This document shows positions 40,553-53,195 of a stretch of 64,000 nt of DNA, in pieces. The stretch comes from Camelus dromedarius (Eukaryota): contig NC_087437.1 of NCBI RefSeq assembly GCF_036321535.1, positions 69,132,001 to 69,196,000 on the forward strand, given 5' to 3'. The position numbers and the translations under genes were made by a program. A model generated the notes under the pieces. It saw nothing but the letters and a program-made list of their open reading frames with translations, searched no databases and was not told the DNA's origin. Every line of letters begins with the position of its first letter. Positions within the stretch are counted from its first letter, which is position 1.

Positions 40553-43500
40553 CATAAACTTACCAGGCATGTCAGTATATGGAATTTCACACTTGCCCCC
40601 ACTCACTCTTCCTCCTTTCTCCTTGGCCTGTTTTCTGATGATAGGAAATCAAGTCATTACAGCAACCACAAATAGAGGATATACTTGCCTGATTACCTGC
40701 TTGTGCTAACATCTTGCTATGCTGAAGGTGCTGCCACCACCATCTTTCCAGATGTTGCACTGCTCTTCCCATATGTGAGGGGTAGATCAAAAAGAGCAGC
40801 AGCATTGCAGATCAGCATGACTTGGCAGTTGCCACCTCTTTGTACTTGGTGGCAGAGTGGACAATCTAAAAAAGAGGAAAGTCCAAGGACTAGTGCATAC
40901 ATGTCTGTGAAATGGTGGTCTACTATGACAGTAAGGTGGATGGTGGGGGAGGACCCAAGCAGCTGCTTAAGAATCTCGAAGACTTTGTGAAAGCTTGGAC
41001 AGATCTGAGGCAGAAGACCAACATGGTAACAGTGAACTAAAAACAAACCATGAAAGAGCAATTTTTAATTGTGCAGAGTGTAGACTGAATGCTTTATATC
41101 ACTGAGGGTTCTATAGTAAGGATCTGAACAATGTTTAACTGACTTGAAGCTGATTGATTTTGTTAGGCAATGAGACACATGGGAATGAAGCTATTGTATT
41201 CAAAGTATCCACATTCCAAAGGAAATTCACACAAGATAGTGCCATGCTTATGAGCATAAACCGAGAGACTTGAATATTGCTAAATTATGATGAAATCATC
41301 GAGAATGTCATAGCAGGAATCCTAAGGAGAAGTATTAACAATTCTGAATTTCTGGTTCATATGGAAATGCTAATTCTACTTATGTAAATAAAGTACAGGC
41401 ATGGCGTTATTATGATTAAGACCATACAACTGTAGAAATGCAGAGTGGTATATTAATAATATTAAAGACATGTTTAGCATAAAATGCAACCGATGTAGCT
41501 AAATTAGTTGTACATTCCAGGCTGCATCTGGATTTCCTGTGAGCTTATTACTTTACAAAGCTAAAAAGAAGAATAAACCTTTCATGCCTCTTAGGGTACT
41601 CAGATGTTAGCTAGTTTTTGTTTTCCCTGCAGCTTTTGTACCCGGAGAGTGCCAAAATCTTCCAAAGCCTTTTTCAGAAAAGCACTATGTTACTTTAAAG
41701 TAGTAGTTAAGAACATCTTACTTGGGTGATGATGACTGTGTCACATGGCTAACAGCCATACTTGCCTCATAAATAACCTGGAAGAATGATCATTTTGCCA
41801 GCCCTTTTGGAAGAATGTATATAGTAGTTTACAGGAAAATAGCTTGTATAAATTTCAGTAACTCAACTCTTTGTTTCCTACTCTACATTTTGTAGGAAAG
41901 CAAGCAGAGGAATTAATGTTGCAGTCGATTTGAGGGAGTGACTATTAAGATGAGATAAGTTACTCAATGGATGTTGACTGTTAGATTTATTGGAATGTAT
42001 TAGATCTTAGTGAGAGATCACAGAGGAGAGAAAACCAGAAGGAGTCCATGAGGGAATGAAAAGGGGAAGGACTCTGAGAGAACATAAAGTTGAAAAAGAA
42101 GTGTAGTATACCCACAAATAGAGTCATTATCATGTAAATGGTGAGATTACCCACGTGAGTGGGCTTGGACACCCCAACATCCCTTTTTTCTTATATTCAT
42201 CAATTACAGACTGTTCTCATTAAGCCAAGGGTTGGGTTAGAAAGTTGTATTTGAAGCACCACCTTGAAATAAATGATAAATACCAAACAATTAATTTACA
42301 TAATAACCTTCATGATTTTGAAATTGTTCAGAAATCCAATCTGCACTATCAGTCTATATTAGAGAATTTTGAAACTGTAGTCTTCTTTTTGTGTTTTACT
42401 TCCAGTGAACATAGTAAGTCAATTTAGTTCAACAAAAGTTGCCAAGAAATGGACTTTTAAATAATGAAATTATTTTTAAAAGACTTTAATTACATTGTAT
42501 GATTTTCTCTATATAGATATGTACTTCTAATTTTATCCTCTTGGGTAAGCTAGGCATAGGTCTATTACGATCCTGATTATAATCTGGATGAATTTAATTC
42601 TTCCTTTTCTCAGAGTGAGTATAGAGACAAACTCAAGATCTGATTGACTTGCTACAAATTCCTAGTACTTTGGTGTGAGTTAATTCGTACCCCAGTGTGT
42701 TAAACTTTATGCTTCATCCTAGGACCAGACGAGTCCTACTGGTAACTTGAGATTACTTGTATAGTCAACAACCAAGTATAGGCATCTACTGCAAACAATA
42801 TGCCACAACCCCACCATACTTTCTCCTTGCCCTGGTAAAACCCCTTCCTTTCTTCACTCAAAATGTAGTCCACTGATACAAGAGAATTTTCATACTCTTG
42901 ATATGTCTGATCCTTCTCCTCAGTATCTAGTTCTCCTACAAAGAGTCAAACCATTCACCTACCATCATCAGTGGAAATAGACATTCAAGTAGCCCCAGTC
43001 CTTTATGTCTTTCTTTTATTCCTCCTGACAATGGAGAAAAACCACCCACCCCAAGAAATGCTATATATATAAGTGCTTGTCTAGGCCAACCCTTCATCTC
43101 TAAAAGCTCAGAAGAATCCTGCCAAGGATTGTGAAGCTTGCTGGCAGCAGTGGGGGGTGTGGTGGGTGCTATTTTCCTTGGACTCTTCACATAGACTTAT
43201 GTAATCCTTCCATCTCCATTTGGCACTTGAAGCTTATTTTCCCATTGCTACTGGGAACCACGGGATTATATTTTTTGTAGTTCAGCCAGCACTTGACATA
43301 ACCATTTTTTTTCTGTGGCAAAGTGGATTCCAAGTTTTTAACAGCTAAGTTACAAATTAGTGATAGAACATCATTGGTGTATTATCTGGGGACTCTTTAT
43401 CAGCCTTAATATAGGACAACTTGATTTAGATAAATGTAATGCATAGTACAAGCAAAATTAATTGAACTCTACCAATCTTGAATTTGTGACATTTTGGATT

Positions 43501-44989
43501 CCAATCCTTCAGTTCTTTTCTTAAAAAACAAAAGATATTCCTTCCTTTCTTCACTTATCTATAAGTGTGAATCTACCTTTTAAGCTGATAAAATGTGGCA
43601 GATAAATATCTTTGAATATTCTGGGAGGACAAGGCAGGTGTCAGCACAGTAAGTGCCTCCTTAGGCTTGTACTCTGGTAGGGCTTGATAAGGAATCCTAA
43701 ACATATGTCTTTTTTTTTTCTTTTTCAAATGTCCATGGCTAATTGTTTGTGTAAATAAGAAGGGTGGGCATAATTTTTGTGTGTGTGCATTTACTTGTAT
43801 GCACATGGGATATTTAGGGAAAAATGTATAAGAACCTGGAAATATTTGTTGCCTCCAAATAGGAGATATGGGTTGCCCAAAGACAGGGAGAGGAAAGATA
43901 ATTACAGTTCCCTCTACAGCATTCTGTACCACTTGATTTTTGCACCATGTGAATACTTTAACTATTCAAAAAAACAAAAAGAAAAGAAAAACAAAAAGTT
44001 TTGGGTTGGTCCACTCCTATCTTTTATCCTCAGCATCGGTCCTGAGGGCGATGTCTCTAACAGTTCGGGGCTCTCACATGGGTGACCAACAATGTTAGCC
44101 CCTTATGGCCCTTATCACTTGGCTTGACTCATGGAGCAGAAGGAATGACAAATGATAGTAACCTGTCTTCCATTCACCACAGTGCTATAGACAGCCTTAG
44201 TGTCACCCTGAAAGTGACAAGCTTTCTGATACACAAATCATCTTCCTTGTATATGGATATTTTCAGAAGCAAGTCCCAGTAGAAACCTGGGAAGCAACAG
44301 CAATGTGATGCTGAAACAGTGATCCTTAATAACATTCCTCATGTGTAGGACTGAATAAGGATTTCCTGGAGAGTGAGGTTGATTTAGGGATCAGGGATCA
44401 GCTGCTGAGGCTAGCACTTGGAAAAGACAAACCAAGCATTCACACCCCAGACCACTCAATACCAGCATTGTCTCCAATCCATCTTTCATAAGGGGGCTCC
44501 AAGTGGGGGAGGGGATAAAAGAAGGAGAGAAAGTAAACCTTTTTAAGCCTGTGAAAGAAAGTGCAGGAGAGAGGAAAGAACGAACAAGATGTGAGCATGA
44601 AAAGCCAGTTGCCAGGAATATTTAGTTTGGAAATAGACTTTGGCTTTTAATCTTCTACTCCACTGTCAAGTTTCTTCTCTGCTTTGCATTCCTCATCCCA
44701 TCTTTCAGCTGTGATCCGACTGACACCCTATGCTTTCCTGTCCTCTGTTTCACTCCCTTGTCTGTCAGGGTTTGTCTTCTCTCCTTCTCATCTCCTTTTC
44801 CTGATTTCTTCACTCTCTGCCTCTCCTTCCCTGGACTCTTTCTCCTGTTCTTTTATAGCTTGAGTCTCTCTCCTTCTCCCCTTTTTTTCGTGCACAGTAC
44901 CTCCAAACTCCATCCCCTCTTAAGGAAATCAGCCAGGCCTCAGATGGAGCTGTTGTCCTGACAACCTAAAGGCACATCAGGCTTTCATT

Positions 44990-45635
44990 GAGGCTGGCTG
45001 CTGCTGAAGGGGGCAGTTGTGCAAAGCGAGGGGCCACGCTGAGGGGAGGGCGGAGGGATGACGTGGAGGGGCTGCTGAAACCCGTGGGGGCAGGGAGAGG
45101 TGCTGAGCTGAGGGAGGGAGGGACTGGAAGGAGAAACAGGAAAGGGAGGAGGGGGAGAGAGACTCTGGGCTGCCGCCGCTGCCTTGTGGGTTTCGTTACA
45201 CTCGCTGGCAGGCTGAGTGCCGGCTCCCTCGCCCGCCTGCCTGGGAAAGTGGGTTACAGAGGGAAGAGGCTCAGCTCAGACACTGGCAAAGGAGCATCCA
45301 GCCACCGAGGGACCAGAGAACACCTTCCTTTTTGCCGGCTTCTCGTCACCTTTTTCTAGAGGGTTTTTTATATTTGTACTCTCTTCTTTGAAATTTTGTT
45401 CCTTTGACTTTTTCCCATCTCTGCTCGGGTTTTACGAGGGCTTTGTTAAGTCTTAAGAGGGAAAAGAGGCTGAGCCAGGCAAAGAGAGAGGCCAAGTGGA
45501 AAGGACCGCAAATTGGCAAAGCCCGTTCTGCCTTTGCCGTGGATGAAAGCCCTCTGTTTGTAAAGCCCTCTCGGCGCGAGCAGCACGCGCACACCCTCCA
45601 GAGTCGCCCGCGACCCGCACCTCGGCGTGGCCACC
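44990..45635 (+). promoter_or_regulatory. LSAMP: LSAMP proximal (1b) promoter and 5' UTR; GC/CpG-enriched, no obvious TATA box
   Basis: GC box gggcgg at 45048-45053, TGACGTGG at 45059-45066, a purine-rich tract, then sequence resembling the remembered human LSAMP 5' UTR, ending in a perfect Kozak GCCACCATGG. The TSS cannot be determined from sequence. Confidence 0.8.
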
Positions 45636-45790
45636 ATGGTCGCTAGAGTTCAGCCCGATCGGAAACAGTTGCCGCTGGTCCTACTGAGATTGCTCTGCCT
45701 TCTTCCCACAGGACTGCCCGTTCGCAGCGTGGATTTTAACCGAGGCACCGACAACATCACCGTGAGGCAGGGGGACACGGCCATCCTCAG
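45636..45790 (+). CDS. LSAMP: Limbic system-associated membrane protein, first coding exon (1b): signal peptide and start of Ig domain 1
   Basis: Translates [51 protein letters not shown](R), matching the LSAMP N-terminus. 155 coding nt, followed by the splice donor CAG|GTAGGG at 45790/45791. No downstream exon recognised in the window. Confidence 0.97.
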
Positions 45791-45826
45791 GTAGGGCTTT
45801 CGGGCAACTTTTCTGCTGCGCGCGAT

Positions 45827-45827
45827 T

Positions 45828-45880
<53 letters not shown>

Positions 45881-45932
45881 TGATCTCCTTGAACTCCAGC
45901 TCCTGATGCTACAAGGCTTGTGGTGTGTGTGC

Positions 45933-45978
<46 letters not shown>

Positions 45979-45996
45979 ACGCGCGCGCGCATATGC
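45827..45996. repeat. Two (TG)n tracts (45827-45878 and 45923-45976) with an adjoining (CG)n run
   Basis: Directly visible at the start of LSAMP intron 1. Confidence 0.97.
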
Positions 45997-48900
45997 CTTT
46001 TACCGCCGACTGGCCAAGGTATCTGCCAACAAATTTCAAGGGGATTTTGTTCCCTGTCAGGGATCAGCAGGGTTGGTTAAACGTTGTTTGGATCTTAGGG
46101 TCTTGTTTTTCTTACTGAGAAAGCCTAACTTCATCTATGTTGGTGACATTTGGGCAGTGTTCTTGCTTTTGTAATCGCAGATGCTTTGCACTTAAGAGTT
46201 TTGTTGGGGTTCCTTAATTGGGAAAGAAGAGTTGTTAAATTATGGCTCTCAGCGAGTGGTACACAGTATTGCATTCTCCTTGGGGGGTGTGTGTGTGTGT
46301 GTGTGTGAGAATACCTACGCACATCAAGGCTCTCACTCTGCCCCAGCAGTGGTTCGGATAGGAGACTTTCAGTAAGGATTTTCTAATTGACATCCAGGGC
46401 AATAAATCAATCTTAGAACTTTGGTTGGCTACTGAGCCTTTTCTGGAATGTGGATAGAAATCAACACAAGAATGAAGAGAAGGGGGGAAAAAAAGGAATT
46501 TGCCAAATCACTGATATTTAAGAATAGGAGTGTTAAGCACAGAGGTTAGGAAAGCATTAACCTGGCATAAAATGGATATTTCAAATTGATTATTGACCTC
46601 AAAATTTTATCTCTGTGCAGCTCTGCCAAACTCTGAAATGTAATTTGGGATTGAAATTTGGAAAGGAAGAGTACCAAGTCCTTGGGAGTTTGACCCCTAT
46701 AAGGGACAGTGAGCTGGAGAAACTCAGATGAAACCTAGCTGTGATTCTATTTCTCAAAAGCTCCAAGCTTGTTTTTCTGTGTATCTTCTTCCTTTCCCCT
46801 CTCCACCCATTGTATGTACCCCTTGTCCTTTTTTTTAGAGCTTTCCTGAATTTCTATCAGGTACTTAAATAAATAAATGAATAGAAGAAGAGAAAATGTT
46901 CTCCTTGGAGAGCCTTTAAAATCTCATTCCATCCAAATAAAATGACCTAGTGTCAGTCTGTCTATCTAGCTAATATTGCTTGTTGTGGCAATAAAAAGCA
47001 GTGTCCAATAGAAGGTAAACCTCTAATCTGTGTGCAAGGAGCTGATAGTGCATAAACCCTGGGGCATCAGGGAGCAGTTCTGTAGCAGAGCTGCCTACAG
47101 CAGCAAAGTTTTCTTTCCTTTTCTCAGAAATAAATTTGGTTGGCTGTCACAGTGTCCTGCTTTGGGATCTCTTGCCTTGTTAGAGAGGAATGTGTGTGTG
47201 TTGTGCGTGTTGTGGTGTGTGTGTGTGTGTTTCTGTGGACTGTAAAAACCAAGAAAATCCTAATGTGTAAGTACTCCTTTCTTCATTTCCTTAGTATTGT
47301 GAATCCCTAAATCCTACTATCCAAAGTATATTTTCCCTCCTAGTTCTCCAGCCCTGTAAAACCTGCATGTGTGATTTATCCACATGGAGTAATAAGATTT
47401 ATAGAGTAATTTATCTGTTTGCAAACAGATTTGGACATGATGCAGAAAATGTTTTTTCAAACACATAAGCATGCCATCTCAACTGCTAGCATTCACATTC
47501 CCTAACACCATTAACCCTTTGCAAGTGAAGCACTCTATGTAAATTTATGCTATCCCTGGAAAGATTTGTTTTCACTGACTATAAGACTGAATATGGGAAA
47601 AGTGAGTACCTGGGGTGTATAAGTTTCTGTGTCAATGTTCACGAACTTTGTAAGGCCTTTCTAAGTCAGCATCACCTATATCTTAAGCTATAGTCATCAA
47701 AGGGTTAGATAAGTATCTAAATGTTAATTCAGAAGGAAAAAGGTATTCTTATATTTTCACACTTTATATGCACAGAAGTCTATGTCTATGAGAGGCACTC
47801 TTATTACCCGTATATCTCTATGATATATGCATGCTTCTTTGTGTTTGTGGCTCAAAAGAAATGGAGTTTTTAAAGCATTACTTTTTAGTAGACATTTCAG
47901 GGTGGAAATAGAGGGGGCAGGTAGTAAGAATAGAGAATAAATACAGAAGCAGTTATTCTCTGGGAAAGAAGATAGACAAACAGAGCATGCAAAGAAGTCA
48001 CCTGTGAGAGTCCATTGCTTTCCTGGACCTCACCTAATGTGCCCTCTTTTTTACTTCCTTTGCCTTGGACAAGTCTTTGCTTCTGGGTTGGTGGAGCTCT
48101 ATCAGGAGTAACTATGAAAAGAGTTCCCTTTGTTTTCTTAGCTGACCTTCTTCTCAATCTCTTTAACTGAGTCCAGTAAGCTCTGTGGGTCAGTTTCCTG
48201 GTGAAGAATGGCACTCTTGCTGTCTGTTTACAAGTCTAGCCTGGGAAAGGCTTGCTTCCACTTTATTTGTGACATTTCACTGGGAGCATGAGCTTCCAGG
48301 GGAGGAGAGGAAGGAGAATTTGATTCTTTGGAAGCCACAGTAGCTCTTTGGCACTGAGAAAGTGAAATGGCAAGGGGGAAAAGATCCTCCCTCAGTGAGT
48401 CTGTGGCCTGAATGATCTGAAATGGCAACAAGAGGCAAGGGGGATTTGAAATTCTGGTGCTCCAGTGATGGGACTTTGACTAACTGTCCCCAAAACATTT
48501 ACCTTCACCATGTAGGTTCCATGAAACAAGTGTTTTTTGGGGGGCAATTGATTCTTACTTTTGGGTAATTATGGTCGTTCATGTAAGTGTGCATCTTGAG
48601 AGGAGAGAGTATACTAGCCTTGGGGTCTTGCTCTGTAATTTCTGTCTTTTGGGGAAAAAAAGAAAGACTATAGACTGAAGGTGACAAAACTAGATGGAAA
48701 GAGAATCTCATGTGTCCCAACCTAACCCTGTTGTTTCCCAGAAGAGATCCTAGATGTTTACGAGCTCCTTTATGAGATTCTTTAAAAAATAAAGGAAACT
48801 GCAGCACCATCTTCCATCTCAAAGGCAAAAGAGCAGTGTGATTCATAGACCAGTGGCAGCAGCAGCAGCACCTGGGGCATCTTCCTAAATCTATAGAACC

Positions 48901-50574
48901 AGAACCTGTATTTACATTTGTAACACCGTGAAGTATGAGACACATCTAACCACAGGACTTTACTTGCAAGGAAGACTCAGTTGCTTTTCTGAACAGGGCC
49001 CACCTGCCTCACTGCCACTCCCCTACTCCACCAAGTGTAGGAGTTCATCAGTCACTGGGCAGGTTTCTAGCACTGGTCCTTCCAACCCTCTATCCTTGTA
49101 CATGAGCTCCCATAGAGATTCACTTCCTGGTTAATCTTGGCAGGTTGAAACCGCATTGCTCTACTGATAAGTTAAGGGAAAAGTGGAAACAGTGTTCCAA
49201 TCCAACCTTTAAAATTTCATTTTTAACAGTCTCACTGACGATATTTTCAATATGAGCAGCAAATGTCTGGAAAAAATATTTATAAAATAATCGATCCCAA
49301 TATATCTGCTCATAAAGTAACTTTGTAAAAATTACATATATATGCCTATTTGGACATGCTGCTTAAGTGCATGTAAGATAAAATGCAGAGGCTCCACACC
49401 TGTGTTGTAACTTTAAATATTTTAAATTTGAGGTATTGAAATTGCATTTATTTCACAATTCTGACCCTATTTGATGTTTTCAGGATATTGTAATACTTTT
49501 TATAGTGATAACATTTTTCCCATTTAAGTGTAAATGTACACTAAGAAGTGTTAGGTATAAGAAACTAAAAACCTAAGTTTAAAACAGTTAAATTTTTAGT
49601 TTTTCAAAAATTCTTGGTCTTTATTTCCTTATTTGTTTCTACAATAGGGGAAAAAGAAGAAACAATACAAAAGCTATGATTATTTGACAGTAAAATGTAA
49701 AAATTTTGTGCAAGTTTCAAAGGAAAAATGGCTTCTTTTCTATAAAGCATCTGGCACGCCTACATTCACAAAGGAACTGTCAACAATCAGACAAACTCCT
49801 GACACAATATGTGTTTTTCTACCACTTATAACTTACTATTTGAAAACAAACTTTGTGGGCATGGTAGTCTACAGGGAGAGTTTGTGACAGTTATGAAGTT
49901 TTCTTTTTCTGTAATTAAATCAGTAAAGGTAATCAGAATTTATAGGTAATGACTGATACTTTAAAGATCATTCATTACCCATTAAATTCTTTATCAAATA
50001 TATTTGGTGAATAATGGAGTAAAGCATGCTATATATTGTCTAGGAATATGACATATTATATCCATTTTTGAAAGATGTTTATGCACTTGTATCACTTGCT
50101 GTCATTTATGTCCTGGGGAACAGAACAGACCAGTCTCATGTGACAAATACAAACTGTGATGATTGGTGTTTCTGTAAGTATGAAACACGTACACACTTAC
50201 AGCACATATTAGAGTGGTTCTATGTAATTTGACTTTGAATGACTTATTTGTCAAATTGTGTAGCAAACAACCAAAGATGACTGACTCATCTACTAAATCA
50301 GTTGGTGAGAGTTAAACATCTGTGTTTCTTGAAGCTGCTTCAACATAATAGTAAACTCAGGCAAAAGAAGGATTAGTGCATTTTGCTGTGGTCTCTGAGA
50401 GCTCCAAGTACAAGTAGCTGGGGCTCACCTGATGGGAAGTTGTCTGTGTGCTGGTCCCCCTCACTGTCATCACTTGAGCCCTAGAGAGCCCTCCCTTTCA
50501 GGCCACTACTTAAGGCTTATAGCCCTTTGCCCTGTTCGTTTGTGAATGTCCTACCTGTTAGTTTGTACAACTTA

Positions 50575-50775
50575 GAAGAGCTGGGCTCTAATTTTGGATC
50601 TATCCTTGCATGCTATATGACTTTGAGAAAATCTCTGAAATATTTTGAGCTTTAGTTTTGTTCAAAAATGATAAAGTTACCTATTGTAGTTACTCTGTGG
50701 GGTTGTTTTAAAGAGCTCACAAGAGATAAAGTAGTTCCGTTTGGTGAACTGTAAACTGCTACACAAGCATAAAGT
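50575..50775 (+). mobile_element. MIR fragment
   Basis: 'ctgggctctaattttggatct...tgactttgagaaaat...tttgagctttagttttg...ggttgttttaaagag...tgtaaactgctacacaa'. Confidence 0.55.
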
Positions 50776-50839
50776 GTTAGTGGTTTTCCAACCACATGTA
50801 GCCAGTTGTTTAGACTTTAGGGAGCTCTTTTTTTTCAGA

Positions 50840-51026
50840 CAGTGTTTCTCAAACTTGAAGGTATATCCAAATTACCTGGAGTGCTCATTAAAAAACAGGT
50901 TACTTGGCCCTTGTCTTCAGAGTTTCTGATTCAGTAGTTCTCTGCTAGGGGCTGAAGTTTGCATTTGTGGCAAGTCCTCAGATGGTGCTCATGCTGAGGT
51001 ATGGGGCCACACTTTGAGAACCACTC
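50840..51026. mobile_element. MER5A hAT-Charlie MITE
   Basis: TIRs cagtgtttctcaaact / actttgagaaccactc; internal 'gagtttctgattcagtag'. Confidence 0.85.
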
Positions 51027-51029
51027 TCT

Positions 51030-51190
51030 TGCTTCCATAAGTGTGTTCTGCAGATGAGCATCTTCAGTATTGTAGAGTCACTTGTTAAAATCCAAAATCT
51101 CAGGGTCTGTTCCAGACCTACTGAATCAGAATCTGCATTTTAACAAGATCCCAAGTGATTCATAAACATACTGAAGTTGGAGAAATGCTG
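51030..51190. mobile_element. MER5A1-like MITE
   Basis: 'ccagacctactgaatcagaatctgcattttaacaagatcccaagtgattcat...aagttggagaaatgctg'. Confidence 0.85.
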
Positions 51191-51199
51191 CTTTAGAGA

Positions 51200-51363
51200 G
51201 TCCACAGCCATGGCCACACATTACTCTCTACAGGGGACCTTTTAAAAAATAATGAAGCTACATATCCCTACTTTCAGTATCCTGATTTAATTAGTTTGGG
51301 GTTGGGCTTGGACATAGGTGTTTAAAAAAATGATTCTGATATGTACAGAGTTGTGAACTGCTG
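51200..51363. mobile_element. MER5B-like MITE
   Basis: 'ctgatttaattagtttggggttgggcttggacat...tgattctgatatgtacagagttgtgaactgctg'. Confidence 0.7.
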
Positions 51364-51973
51364 CTTTACTTGTTGAAAAATCTCTTTTACAAACCTTGTT
51401 CAGGGGCAACGCTTACTTGATAGGTAGTAAAAAATTATAGTCAGGTTGTGTGGTTTGGGAAATATTTCAACAGCAAAGATGTACAAATTCAATTGGAAGA
51501 GAGAAAAGAGATCATCATAGATCTATTTCTTTACTACACAATCTCATCTCTCCAATGTCATGGGTAATGGAGTGACTTTATTTTAATATGGATGCATATT
51601 TACATAATATCTATTGGAATAGCATTAAAGCTCAATTTTTTTTATTCCTGTTGTCTTGTGTTCTCTCTTTCATTTATATTAAACAAGACACAAAAGATAC
51701 AAAACAGTTTTAGGTAGGTATTTTTTTTTGATGGGAAAAAACAGACTATATTTAGGCAACGAAAATGTCTTCAGTCTTTTTCAAACAGGCTTACTTCTGT
51801 GTACTTACGTTGTCATATTTGCCACAAAAATGATTTAAAAAATAATAGCTACATTGTTGTAGAATTCATCTCAGCTTTACATGGTGATCAGTCTTTAGCT
51901 AAAACTTATAGACAAGTGTTTATGTCAGAGAGTTTTTTATCAAGGATATAATAAGTTCAGAATGTTCAACAAG

Positions 51974-52323
51974 TAGTCTTCCCTCAGTATCTGCGGGGGA
52001 TTGGTTCCAAGCCCCTCCTTAAATACCAAAATCTGCAGATGCTCAAATCCCTTATATAAAATGGCGTAGTATTTGCATATAACATATGCATATGCCCCAG
52101 TATACTTTAAATCATCTCTCGATTACTTAGAATACCTAATACAATGTAAATGCTATGTAAATAGTTGTAAATAAAATGTAAATGCTATGTAAATAGTTGC
52201 CAGTGCTCTGGCAAATTCAAGCTTTGCTTTTTGGAACTTTCTGGAATTTTTCTTCCAAATATTTTCAGTCTGCAGTTGGTTGAATCCATGGATGTGGAAT
52301 CCATGGATACAGAGGACTGACTT
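51974..52323 (+). mobile_element. MER2-family TcMar-Tigger MITE
   Basis: 'ccctcagtatctgcgggggattggttcca...gatgctcaaatcccttatataaaatggcgtagtatttgcatataac...ttggttgaatccatggatgtggaatccatggatacagagg'. Confidence 0.9.
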
Positions 52324-53054
52324 AGAAGACCAAGATCTAAATAGCTTGAAATAAACTGATCTATTAAATCAGTATAACTGACAGTTAGTTGGCCTACTAC
52401 ACAAGCTCTTTTTATGATCAAATGAGATATTATGCATCCAAGTGTTCTGTAAACTATAAAATGGTATAAAATGCAAGCTCTTAATAAGATTATTGTCATT
52501 GCATTCACAGTAGGAAATAACTTTTAGAAAATTAGAAGACTTAATAAAATAAGCCTTTTTATTTTTATTTCTGTGGTCAAGGTTGGTCATTTGCTCTAAG
52601 ATGTTTGTACCATTTTATTTCAAGTCCTTTAAAGTCATCCATATCTTAGAGTATAGCTGAGTTTGTTATCAGGAGTGCAGGGTGAGCGAACACTTTTTTG
52701 TAGTCACCTGTAATCAAAACAATCTCTAGTTAATGAGTGATTAACCTTCACAGAAGAAAGCATTTTGCTTCAGATTTTGTGAATTACTATAGAATAAATT
52801 TGTAGAAATTTAGACTAGGAAAGATCTTGGAGATTAAGCAGTCTGCCATCTCATTTTAAAGGGATATAACTGAGAAGAAAAACATTTAATTGGTTGTCTC
52901 AAGATGTGAGTGACAATTTGAAAACTAGAATTCATGTCTCTTAATTCTCATTCCTGTGGAAGTCTTTATTCCAGAGGACCACTGAAATCATTTGTTGATG
53001 TTATACCATGATGTGCCACGTTTTACCCCGCCCCCCAAAATGATGCTAAATATG

Positions 53055-53195
53055 TCTCTCCCTCTCCCTTCCCCTCTCTTCCTCTCTTCCCCTCTTTCCC
53101 CATCCTTCCCCTTTTCTTCTCTTCTCTCATCTCTTCTTCTCTCCTCTCTCATTCCTCTCCTCTCTCATTCCTCTCCTCTCCTCTTTCTCATCCCT
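53055..53195. repeat. Polypyrimidine (C/T) low-complexity tract
   Basis: About 140 nt almost entirely C/T on the + strand. Confidence 0.9.

Noticed and set aside
40587..41061. Overlapping 72-114 aa ORFs
   Set aside because: No recognisable domain or convincing splice signals; probably chance ORFs in old repeat or unique intronic DNA.
1..45600. Additional LSAMP upstream exons (1a or the rodent extra exon)
   Set aside because: I could not find MRTYWLHSVW- or VLAFWNQPP-like coding sequence by eye. Exon 1a is known to lie far upstream.
44988..46174. ORFs of 63-129 aa around the LSAMP promoter, including poly-HT and poly-CV translations
   Set aside because: Products of GC-rich UTR and (TG)n repeats. 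The real CDS is the spliced exon 45636-45790, which the ORF track does not list.
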